Below are positions 8,979-17,479 of a DNA stretch of 64,000 nucleotides, one piece after another. Position 1 is the first letter of the stretch, and each line of letters begins with the position of its first letter. Source of the DNA: an uncultured Acidimicrobiaceae bacterium (GTDB taxonomy: Bacteria > Actinomycetota > Acidimicrobiia > Acidimicrobiales > Bog-793); the NCBI GenBank assembly GCA_963823945.1, contig CAWGNK010000005.1:22452-86451 (forward strand), given 5' to 3'. The notes below the pieces were generated by a model. It saw only the letters and a list, made by a program, of their open reading frames with translations. It ran no database searches and was not told the DNA's origin. The translations under genes and the position numbers were made by a program.

Positions 8979-9745
8979 TCTGCACCGGTCGTGACGACCA
9001 ACGAAGGTTCGACGGGGTACCAGCCCGCCAGAACTCCATCTGGGGTCAGGCACCACGTGCCGACAGGAACACGACTCTTCTTCGAGACGTAGTCGACGCT
9101 CACACAGGTGACAACCCCGACGGGCAGCTTCCTGTGCGAGATCTTCCACGTGTAGTCGTGTCGTAACTCAGGCGAGAGGATCCCGACAAGGTTCTCCGCC
9201 GCGTACGGCTCGTACATTCCGCTCACCGACGCCGTACCGATACTTCCAAGGTCGCCGTGCGGAATGGGCCCGACACACACCCAGGGCTGAACGGCGGACT
9301 TCTGCGCGCACTCGTAGACCTTCCCCGCGGGATTCTCGTCCCACTCGGCTCCAACCAACCACGCTTTTGGGCTTCTCACCGTGAACCGGTACATCCAGCC
9401 GGCAGAAGGCCAACCGGTCGCAGTGAGCTTCGAACGTTGCTGCGCGACCGTCATCGTCGCGGTGACGAACCCGGCGGCGGACAATCGGTACGTGGCAGAA
9501 AAGCTGCTCGTCATACCTCTGAGCGCGAGCGCCCTCAAGGCATCTGCCGTGAGGCTCACGTCCGCCTTCGGACTGGCCTGTACAGGTCCACCGTCGCCCA
9601 CCATCATCGCGGTGGTCGCGACAACAGCCAGCGCAAAACTGGACCAGCGCTTCACCCACGCCGAGTGGGCTGGCGTACCGAGCCTATTTGTCCCCAAGAC
9701 CACAGTGCCCGTTTCGTCAGACATCATCCCGTCTCGCTCTCTCAA
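8942..9745 (-). CDS. Secreted hypothetical protein, 3' end replaced by IS sequence (disrupted gene)
   Basis: 267-aa ORF with a signal-like segment (FALAVVATTAMMVG). The last 12 codons plus the stop (8942-8978) lie inside the IS right inverted-repeat region. The original C-terminus is at 6883-7023. Confidence 0.65.
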   Translation of the reverse strand: MRERDGMMSDETGTVVLGTNRLGTPAHSAWVKRWSSFALAVVATTAMMVGDGGPVQASPKADVSLTADALRALALRGMTSSFSATYRLSAAGFVTATMTVAQQRSKLTATGWPSAGWMYRFTVRSPKAWLVGAEWDENPAGKVYECAQKSAVQPWVCVGPIPHGDLGSIGTASVSGMYEPYAAENLVGILSPELRHDYTWKISHRKLPVGVVTCVSVDYVSKKSRVPVGTWCLTPDGVLAGWYPVEPSLVVTTGADRSSASVSRMCW

Positions 9746-9966
9746 CCTGCGCTGACCAGCGCCGCTTTGACCACAGTACGCTCAAGAGCCCAAAAAAGTT
9801 CTGCCACCCCGCCACGCGAAAACTCCCGCCCGAGGTGCCCAGCCAGCGCCCCAAGGGGAAGCACTGGCTGGGCTTTAGGGTTGAATCAGTTGTACCAGTA
9901 GTTCCACGTAGAATCGAGGTGCACATAATCGACATAGCTCGGAGCGAACCTGGGAGAATCGACACG

Positions 9967-11343
9967 GTGGGAGGACAGAGACTCGCGGCACTTGTCGCGT
10001 TCCTGAGCGTTGCGATCGCCGGTGCGCATCCGTTTGCGTCGTTCGACGGCCATGGACCCCGAGCCGCGAGCGACCCCCAGAATTTCGTGCGCGTCATTTC
10101 CCCTCACCTGAATCCGCTCGATTTGACCGTCGCACTCCGCTCGGCGAGGAAAGGCGACCTGGCCGCAGGAATCGGTTCCGCGTCCTACCTCGCACGCGGG
10201 CACTGGACGATGCTCCCCTCCTCACCGCTTCCGCCCCGCATGGGAGCGGCGGAACTTTGGACGGGAAAGCAGCTCTTCGTATGGGGCGGGTTCACCAAAC
10301 AGCAGATATACGAGCAGACGATCCCTCGCTCCTACGGGCGTTCACCCGGCGGCGCGCTGTATTCCCCGTACACGCGCAGCTGGTCACTCCTTCCACCCTC
10401 ACCACTTGCTCCACGAACCGACATCGCCGCGGTGTGGACGGGCAAGATCGCCGTGTTGTGGGGAGGCGACCGCGAGACCTTCGGACACGGCAGCTTGCGC
10501 GTCTACGGAGATGGGGCCGCATATTCGCCGACGGAGCACCGATGGCGCACGCTCCCGCCAGCTCCGATCTCAGCGCGCCTCGCTTCGGCCGTCCTCTGGA
10601 CGGGAAGCCGCGTCGTCGTGATCAGCGGACTCACACGACCGGGAGGGTTGCTACTTAACGGCGCAGCATTCGACCCCAGCACGTGGAAGTGGTCGCGAAT
10701 GCCACAGTTGCTCATCGATCACCGCGGACTGCTCGTCAGCGCCGACTTCGTTTGGACGGGAAAGCGACTCGTCGCGTTTCTCGAGTACCAGATCACGACA
10801 AGGCTCACCAAGGACTCCTTCTCCTTGTCGGCTTACGGACCGGTGGCCGAGCTGCGGCCTGGAGCGACTTCTTGGACTTTCCTGCGGCCCGCGCCGGAAT
10901 GGGTCTCCACACTTGGCGCAACGACCATTTGGACAGGTTCTCGCATCCTCGTCGTCGATGCGACCGCGTGTCTTCCGGGCGAAAAATGCCCCGGGCAGGA
11001 CGACGCGGACACCGTCAACGTCTTCGATCCGACGACCGACTCATGGTCACGTTGGCCGCCCAATGCAGTCGCGAGCGACGCCGGTCCCGTCGTCTGGACG
11101 GGAAGAGCGCTCTATGCGATGAACGAAACCATGAGCTCGTCACAAGACAACCTCGCGCTCGGTGACGGGGTGGCATACGACCCGAGCAGTCAGAAGTGGC
11201 TTGCCGTACCGAAGATCCCGTGCAGTTCCCCTGGCGGTCCGACGCTTCTGTGGACAGGTGAATCCGTTCTCTATTTTGGGCTCGCGGGAGCGCAGAACTG
11301 GACAAATTGTGGAGCGATACTCGTTCCATCGCCGCACCCTTGA
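9967..11343 (+). CDS. Secreted Kelch-like beta-propeller repeat protein
   Basis: Repeated units (P..R.gaa.vWTG..l.vWGG...Y.P....W..LP). The GTG at 9967 precedes the signal-like RLAALVAFLSVAIAGA. The track ORF starts at 9688 but that extension overlaps the divergent gene. Confidence 0.7.
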   Translation: MGGQRLAALVAFLSVAIAGAHPFASFDGHGPRAASDPQNFVRVISPHLNPLDLTVALRSARKGDLAAGIGSASYLARGHWTMLPSSPLPPRMGAAELWTGKQLFVWGGFTKQQIYEQTIPRSYGRSPGGALYSPYTRSWSLLPPSPLAPRTDIAAVWTGKIAVLWGGDRETFGHGSLRVYGDGAAYSPTEHRWRTLPPAPISARLASAVLWTGSRVVVISGLTRPGGLLLNGAAFDPSTWKWSRMPQLLIDHRGLLVSADFVWTGKRLVAFLEYQITTRLTKDSFSLSAYGPVAELRPGATSWTFLRPAPEWVSTLGATTIWTGSRILVVDATACLPGEKCPGQDDADTVNVFDPTTDSWSRWPPNAVASDAGPVVWTGRALYAMNETMSSSQDNLALGDGVAYDPSSQKWLAVPKIPCSSPGGPTLLWTGESVLYFGLAGAQNWTNCGAILVPSPHP

Positions 11344-11849
11344 GGCATCGAGCCCGACCGATCTGCGTGAGGGAATCTAGTTGGGCCGTCGCCACGTAGA
11401 TCGACTTTGCCGAGCCGTATCCCCAAACACTCACGACGAGGGGCGTCTTGAAGTGTCTCTGAACGCCGGCTTGGAGCGCAGTTAAAGGACGATAGGCGAC
11501 TAGTTGTGCTCTCTCGCTCGCCGCCGCCGAAGGTCAGTCACCACTAGCATCGCTGCCTTCAAGCGAGTTCTTGTAGATACACGCTTGCATCTCCGGTAAG
11601 GGTCCGTCTGGGGACACATTCGGGGACACCACGAGGACGCCCAGTTCGTTGCCGAGGACGAGAAGGTGAGTGAACGCGTCAACATTCCGCCTGCTATCGA
11701 CCCGCTCATCGATCTAGCCGTTCTGTCGCATCGCTCAACTTCATGCCGCTCCTTGCAGTCCCCCTTCCCCCTTTTGGCTCTCGACTCTCAGGGCGGCTAC
11801 GGCCCCAAGGAAGCTCCCGTTTCTTGCCCCACTCTCGATGCCCCCAACG

Positions 11850-14004
11850 GTGGAGTCGAGCCGGAGCGCAGTGTCAGCATTTCGGCTGATCTGTCTCTCC
11901 GGCCCGCTCCCCGAACCGGACGTGCGACTTCCATCGCATCCGGCTCTCCACGAGCGCAATGCGTTACCTTGCCTTGGCCATCGGCGGCCCGCTCCATGGT
12001 GTCGGAATGGCGTTCCCGCGATAGCGATAACGCGTCACCGACACGGCGCCGCAGTTGAACAGCACAACACCCTGCTCGGACCACGACCCGAACAACTGGT
12101 AGCGGCGTCGCAGGGCCTTCCAAGTCGCATGGGGATGCTTGCGCCGAAGCCAGTGGAAGACCCGGTGCCACGTGTAGTCACCGAGGTATCCAAAGGTGGC
12201 GCTCGACACCCCATGCCGGAAGTACGTTGTCCACCCTCGCAACGCCAGATTCAATCGGCGCAGGAGGACGGAGAGCGGACTGTTCGTTCCCTGTTTCATG
12301 ATCGCCCGCACCGTGGCCATGATCGAGGCGAGAGCCTTCTTCGACGGCCAGGTGTAGACGAACACTTTGTTCGATCCTCTCTTCTTCTGCCGCTGGATGC
12401 GGAAGCCGAGAAAGTCGAACCCCTCGTCGATATGGACGACCGTGGTCTTTTCCTCCGACAGGCGAAGGCCCATCGTTTTCAGCACCGCCGCCACCTCGTT
12501 GCGCAGAGCCTCGGCATGCGCCTTGGTTCCGGTCACCATCACCACGAAGTCGTCCGCATACCTGATGAGGCGGTAGTTGGGTTCGTCGTGGCGACGGCGT
12601 CGTTCTCTGTCGTGTGAGGTCGCCATCGTCGTCTCCCAGGCCGTGACGAAGTGCTCGTCGAGGACGGAAAGAGCGATGTTGGCGAGCAACGGAGAGAGGA
12701 TGCCTCCTTGCGGTGTGCCGGTCTTCGTTCCGATCAGTCGGGCGTCCTCGGTGAGGATGCCCGACTTCAAGAATGCCTTCACCAGTTCGAGGACTCGCCT
12801 ATCTCCGATTCGATTACGCATCCGCTCTAACAACGCAGAGTGCGAGATCTCGTCGAAGCACGCCGTGATGTCACCTTCGAGCACCCACTCATATGAGCGG
12901 GTAGCGAGGTAGTGGATCTCGGCGATGGCGTCCTGTGCCCGGCGCTTCGGACGGAAGCCGTAGCTGCACGGCTTGAAGTCCGCCTCGAAGATTGGCTCGA
13001 GGACCAGTTTCAAAGAAGCCTGCACGATTCGATCCCGTGTCGTCGGGATGCCGAGACGGCGGCGTTTGCCGTTCGCCTTCGGGATCATCCGTTCTCTGAC
13101 GGGCAGGGGTCTGAAGCACCGGGCCTTGAGGTCATCTCGTAGCCCGGCGAGCAGACCCTCGCCGAATACGATCGAGCTTGGTTGCACTCCATCTACTCCG
13201 GCCGATCGTGCACCTCGGTTGCCCCGTACCCGGTGCCATGCCACCACGAGGAAGGCAGGATCGGCGACGAGGTTGAACAAGTCACAGAACCGACGCTCAG
13301 GGCTGTCGGTCGCCCATTGGTGCAACTTCGCCTGCATACGCAGTACCCGTGGCCAGGCCTCGGAGAGATCGGGCCACGGCTCGTCGGTGTTCACCGGCGG
13401 CCTCCTGCCATTGCCCTGGCGTTACTGCTCACTCGCTGGGTCCCTTCGCCATGTACGTGGCTTTCCCACGCTCGGACTACTACGGACCCTCCGTCCCACC
13501 TCAGGACCCTCAGCCGACAGCGGGCCTGCCCGCCGACGCACCGGTTGTGCGACGGGTTGGGCGATCCCGAGGTGGTTCCCACGTTTCACCATGCACCGGT
13601 CGACGGGGTTGGCGCCCAGCTCTTCCCCTGCAGCCTCGCCACGAGTACGCCGCAGGCTTTCCTCGTGGCCTCCTCGTCGGCCTCGATATTCCGACTTCGG
13701 AGTCGCCGTCTCGTTTCCGAGTCGACGTGCACTGCCGTCCGGCCCGCATCCCACAGTTTGGAGCCGGGGTAACCGCTTAAGGGGGTTCAACCACTGGTTC
13801 ACTTTCGTTGCACCTTTCCGTCTTGCTTGTCGGACCCAGACCATCTGTAGGTGCTGGTCTGTCCCGCCGTTGTCAGGGCTGCTTCCCACCCTCCGCTTCG
13901 CTTCCAGCATCAGGCTGCCCTCAGCTTCACCAATCTGCTGCGACAGATCGGTAGTGGAGCCCTTTCATCTCCACCCGGTTTGAACATGGCGCAAGGTGGC
14001 GCAC
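11850..14004 (-). mobile_element. Group II intron (apparently full length, ~2.15 kb)
   Basis: On the minus strand: 5' GTGCGCC at 14004 and domain V GAGCCGGAUGCGAUGGAAGUCGCACGUCCGGUUC at 11946-11913. Domain VI helix has a bulged A at 11856 and ends in ..CUCCAC at 11850. The RT/maturase ORF lies in domain IV. Confidence 0.85.
11964..13394 (-). CDS. Group II intron reverse transcriptase/maturase
   Basis: 476 aa. RT motifs include GVDG, IPK.NGK.R.LGIPT, GTPQGGILSPLLANI and YADDFVVMV, followed by an X/maturase region. No obvious HNH endonuclease tail. Confidence 0.92.
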   Translation of the reverse strand: MNTDEPWPDLSEAWPRVLRMQAKLHQWATDSPERRFCDLFNLVADPAFLVVAWHRVRGNRGARSAGVDGVQPSSIVFGEGLLAGLRDDLKARCFRPLPVRERMIPKANGKRRRLGIPTTRDRIVQASLKLVLEPIFEADFKPCSYGFRPKRRAQDAIAEIHYLATRSYEWVLEGDITACFDEISHSALLERMRNRIGDRRVLELVKAFLKSGILTEDARLIGTKTGTPQGGILSPLLANIALSVLDEHFVTAWETTMATSHDRERRRRHDEPNYRLIRYADDFVVMVTGTKAHAEALRNEVAAVLKTMGLRLSEEKTTVVHIDEGFDFLGFRIQRQKKRGSNKVFVYTWPSKKALASIMATVRAIMKQGTNSPLSVLLRRLNLALRGWTTYFRHGVSSATFGYLGDYTWHRVFHWLRRKHPHATWKALRRRYQLFGSWSEQGVVLFNCGAVSVTRYRYRGNAIPTPWSGPPMAKAR

Positions 14005-14099
14005 AACGAGTCCGGGTTAGACACCCTTGGAGGTACCGCCCTCCGGGCGGGACCTCCCGCTGCCGGGCGCGTTTAGCGACCCAGTGCGATGATCCGTGG

Positions 14100-14627
14100 G
14101 TGCGTGGCTTCGTAATCGCATCTGCCATCGCTCTGACGACGCTAGGCGGAGCTCAGGGGGCCCCGGCAACGACCGGACGTCCGGCCATCCTCTTTGGCAA
14201 CGCCATCGGCAACGTTCACTTTGGGCGAAGCGACTCCTGGGCGGTGTCGAACCTCAGTGAACTCCTTGGGGCGCCCACGCAGCCGAGGCCCGGCCGGTTG
14301 AGCGGAGATTGCAATGTCGACGCCTTTATTGCTTGGCCCAAGACCACCGCCTACTTCGACGACGGGGAATTCGTTGGATACGCGACGACGAACACTCGCT
14401 TCGCGACCGCGAAGGGCTTACGAGTAGGCGACACGGTTGCCATAGCCCGACGTCTTTACGGGAGCGAGCTGCGACTTTCGGGCGAGCAGGACGGAGCTTG
14501 GTTCGCGAAGACCCCTTCCGGAAAGGTCGACGGCTTCCTTACGGGCGAGCCCTACCCACCCGCTCCGGTCGCCCGCATCGCAACGATCGACGCGGGTTCA
14601 GTCGGGTGCCCGGCGATGTCGCCCTGA
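14100..14627 (+). CDS. Secreted hypothetical protein
   Basis: The GTG at 14100 precedes the signal-like FVIASAIALTTLGGAQGAPA. The upstream part of track ORF 13851..14627 lies inside the intron, so it is not coding for this gene. Confidence 0.55.
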   Translation: MRGFVIASAIALTTLGGAQGAPATTGRPAILFGNAIGNVHFGRSDSWAVSNLSELLGAPTQPRPGRLSGDCNVDAFIAWPKTTAYFDDGEFVGYATTNTRFATAKGLRVGDTVAIARRLYGSELRLSGEQDGAWFAKTPSGKVDGFLTGEPYPPAPVARIATIDAGSVGCPAMSP

Positions 14628-14648
14628 GACCTGCGATGCATTTTCTTG

Positions 14649-15932
14649 TTACGAGGGGATTTCAAAGGGAGCGCGAATCGAGCGCGATCGCGCGCTCTCT
14701 CCGTTCGAATCCGCCCAGTCGTCGCGTAAGAGGTCTCCCAAAGCCACGGCGGCCGCTTGGTCCGAGGCGACCACCCAGTGTGAGTAGACGTTCAGAGTTG
14801 TTGCCGCATTCGCATGACCGAGGCGACCCGCGACAGTGCGGACAGGAACGCCGGCGTCGAGCATACGGGTGGCGGCGAAATGCCGAAGGCTGTGCAACGG
14901 GAGCTCCCTAACCCCGGCTCGGCGCCGCAGTCGAATAAAGGCGAGCGACATTCCGTCGGGGCGCCGGGGTCTGGAACCGTCGGCTTCGGTGCTGAAGACG
15001 AACGCGGAGTCCGACAAGCAGGAATCAACGGCTGCGGCGCGTTGCACACAGCGGTCATGGTGAATGCTGAGCACTCCGAGGGTCTCGGAATCGAGCGAAA
15101 TGCGTCTTCCTGCGTGGGTCTTGGTGTCCTTGACCATGAGCGAGTCTTTTCGCATCCCGATCACCGCGCGGGTGATGCTGAGCATCCCGCCGACCAGGTC
15201 GATATCGCCCCAGCGCAATCCACACAGTTCTCCTCGGCGGGCCCCGGTGACCGCTGCCAGCCTTACAAACAGGGCGAGGTCGGGATCGGTTCGCTCGGCC
15301 TCTCGGAGCAGGGTGAGGATCTCCTTCGGCTCGGGGGTCAGAATCTCGTGCCGTCCAACCCTCGGGGGAGACGTCCGTAGGGCTGGGTTCGAAGCGATCC
15401 AGCCCCATCGCACCCCTTGATTGAGGATGTGGCGTAACAAAGCGTGAACGTGGCTGACCGAACGAGGGCTGAGCGACCGCCCACCTTGTCCGCCGTTGTC
15501 GAGAAGCTCTGCGTAGAAGCGATCGATCGACTGCGGGCGGAGCGCGCGAAGCCGCACCGAACCGAAGCGGGGAAGGATGAAAGTGTCGAGCAGTCGCTCG
15601 TACTCACGCACGGTTGTCGGCGAAAGGCTCGTCCGGCTCATCTCGAGCCAGCGCGCGGCTAGCTCGCGAACTGTTCCCCCGGTGACGTCGTGGGTCCCCG
15701 CGCCCGCCTCGACGACGAGCTCGGCGAGGACGTCCTCGGCGTGGCGCTTCGTCCCCCGGATGGTCTTCGTGACGTAACGCTTTGTGCCGTTATCGCCGCG
15801 ACCGAGGTAGACCTTGGCGCGCCAGACGTTCTTTCCCCGGGGCTCGAGGTGTCCCCGCAATTCGCCTGCCTCCGCTGCCGTCTTGGGAATCTGCCCCATC
15901 GACACAGATTCCCAAATGGATTCCCAGGTCAC
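14649..15932 (-). CDS. Tyrosine recombinase / phage-type integrase
   Basis: The C-terminal catalytic region has ...HSLRHFAATRML..G..VRTVAGRLGHANAATTLNVYSHW. It sits adjacent to the tRNA-Arg 3' end. The likely true start is the ATG at 15899 (MGQIPK...), because 15900-15932 is occupied by GATTCCCA repeats. Confidence 0.9.
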   Translation of the reverse strand: MTWESIWESVSMGQIPKTAAEAGELRGHLEPRGKNVWRAKVYLGRGDNGTKRYVTKTIRGTKRHAEDVLAELVVEAGAGTHDVTGGTVRELAARWLEMSRTSLSPTTVREYERLLDTFILPRFGSVRLRALRPQSIDRFYAELLDNGGQGGRSLSPRSVSHVHALLRHILNQGVRWGWIASNPALRTSPPRVGRHEILTPEPKEILTLLREAERTDPDLALFVRLAAVTGARRGELCGLRWGDIDLVGGMLSITRAVIGMRKDSLMVKDTKTHAGRRISLDSETLGVLSIHHDRCVQRAAAVDSCLSDSAFVFSTEADGSRPRRPDGMSLAFIRLRRRAGVRELPLHSLRHFAATRMLDAGVPVRTVAGRLGHANAATTLNVYSHWVVASDQAAAVALGDLLRDDWADSNGESARSRSIRAPFEIPS

Positions 15933-15947
15933 ACTAGCGGATTGCCA
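15884..15947 (+). promoter_or_regulatory. Cluster of GATTCCCA octamers at the integrase 5' end (candidate arm-type / autoregulatory sites)
   Basis: Perfect octamers at 15907-15914 and 15919-15926 (direct) and 15884-15891 (inverted). A degenerate GATTGCCA lies at 15940-15947. The same octamer pair occurs near both other att copies. Confidence 0.5.
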
Positions 15948-15981
15948 TACCGCTCGCTAAAAGGCTCTGATTAGGGTCTTT

Positions 15982-16028
15982 AGAGGCGCCCCCGGCAGGA
16001 CTCGAACCTGCGACACGCGGTTTAGGAA
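15982..16028. repeat. attL core (47 bp) within tRNA-Arg
   Basis: Identical to 2800-2846. It covers the tRNA from the anticodon loop to the 3' end, plus 5 nt beyond. Confidence 0.9.
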
Positions 16029-16059
16029 ACCGCTGCTCTGTCCCCTGAGCTACGGGGGC
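15987..16059 (-). tRNA. tRNA-Arg (anticodon CCT)
   Basis: Minus strand folds by hand into a cloverleaf: GCCCCCG-TA-GCTC-AGGGGACA-GAGC-A-GCGGT-TTCCTAA-ACCGC-GTGTC-GCAGG-TTCGAGT-CCTGC-CGGGGGC-G. The CCA end is not fully encoded (CCT follows). Confidence 0.9.
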
Positions 16060-16269
16060 GGCGGATGGCCACTTGGAGTGCACCTTGGATCGGACGGAGT
16101 ACTTCGCTCCCCAACACACCCCCGCCCGTTCGGGCCCGAGGGGAGTCCCAGCTCAGTGGGTGCGGAAACTCCGGGTGATGCTTTGCCTTGTCACCATCGA
16201 GCACAACTCTAAACCGAACTGTGAGCTCAATCCGAGGAGCCGCCAATCCTCCGGCAGCAGGGCCTGCAC

Positions 16270-17472
16270 CTACCGCCGTCCGTTCACCTCTCGTCGCCTA
16301 CGCCTCAGGACCAGTGTGGGCCACATCGCAATGGCGGCGAAGACGGCAACCACTCCGGCCAAAGCCAATCTGTCCGCAACACCGGGAACGGCCACCAATA
16401 CGAACAACATGATGGCGGTCGCGCTCCATGCCGAGATCGCGGCGAAGCGCACAACTGGGGACCCGATCCGTCCAGGACCCTCCAGAGCCGACCAGGTGGA
16501 ACTTTCCTCGCGCTCAATCGCGAGGTTGGGGTCGCTCAGGTCGTCTTTCAGGTCGTCTTCTTGAACACGCCTTGAGAAGTCATCTTCGTGATCACGCCTT
16601 GAGAAACAGAGGGCGAGTGGGGCCGCCCAGCTCTCCATGCGAAGGACAAAACCGGGGTATCTCGAGATGAGCGCGTTGCTCCCCAACGCGAAGACGAAAT
16701 AGAGAACGAGCCCGACATGGGCGAGGAAGCCGATCGGAATGAGAAGAACCATGATGACGACCCGGGCCACATTGAGCCCAGCACGGGAGAGATTCGTTCT
16801 CGCAGTTGGCGAGTCGGGATCGATCCGTGCAGCCTCCGCCAGCACCTTGGTTCCTTCTCGTTTCTTCCCGGCCCGGCGAAGGGCTACGCCCAGATTGTTC
16901 ATGGCGGCGTAGTTCGAGGGATCGATCGCGAGTGCTCGTCGGCTCGCGGCAATGGCCTTTTCCCAATTGTCGGCGGCCAACGCCACCACGCTGGCCGCTA
17001 CCCACGCCGCGGCACTGTTTGGAGCCAGGCGGAGTGCCTCCTGCACGGCCGCATCTGCATCCTTCAGGTTCCGGATGAGACGAAGAGCTTCGGCCAAACG
17101 CAGGTAGCCGTTCGGGTCCCGCGGGGCCAAGCGGATTCCCTCGCGTGCAGAGGTCTCCGCTTCGTGCGCGAGCCGGTTCCGCTCGGATCCGTGCTCTTTG
17201 GTCGCAGTTCTCGACAGTGCCAACGCTCGTAGGCGGAAGCCATCCGGCGAATTGGGGGCGAGGTGGATGGCCTCCTCGGCCGAGCGCGCAGCCTCGGTGT
17301 ACTGGCCCAATCCAACCTGTGCTCGTGACAACGCACGGTGTGCTGACGCGCTCTGCGGGGCGAGTGCAACCGCCTGCCTCGCGTGCTCTTCCGCCTCGTG
17401 GTAACGCCTGACCGCCCGGAGGGCGTCGGCTCTCGCGAGCAGGTTCGCAACCTGTTCATCGTTGTCGGTCAT
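16270..17472 (-). CDS. TPR-repeat protein with C-terminal transmembrane region
   Basis: Start taken at MTDNDEQVANLL (17472), 7 nt after the upstream AAA gene stop. Multiple TPR-like units (..A...AL.L.P....A...). About four hydrophobic helices in the C-terminal third. Confidence 0.7.
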   Translation of the reverse strand: MTDNDEQVANLLARADALRAVRRYHEAEEHARQAVALAPQSASAHRALSRAQVGLGQYTEAARSAEEAIHLAPNSPDGFRLRALALSRTATKEHGSERNRLAHEAETSAREGIRLAPRDPNGYLRLAEALRLIRNLKDADAAVQEALRLAPNSAAAWVAASVVALAADNWEKAIAASRRALAIDPSNYAAMNNLGVALRRAGKKREGTKVLAEAARIDPDSPTARTNLSRAGLNVARVVIMVLLIPIGFLAHVGLVLYFVFALGSNALISRYPGFVLRMESWAAPLALCFSRRDHEDDFSRRVQEDDLKDDLSDPNLAIEREESSTWSALEGPGRIGSPVVRFAAISAWSATAIMLFVLVAVPGVADRLALAGVVAVFAAIAMWPTLVLRRRRREVNGRR

Positions 17473-17479
17473 GACGATC

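Larger units (their letters stand above)
2800..16028. mobile_element. tRNA-Arg-integrated genomic island (~13.2 kb)
   Basis: Perfect 47-bp direct repeats at both ends. The tyrosine integrase lies immediately inside the tRNA-proximal end. The interior holds an IS, a group II intron, a transposase relic and visibly AT-richer segments. Confidence 0.85.
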
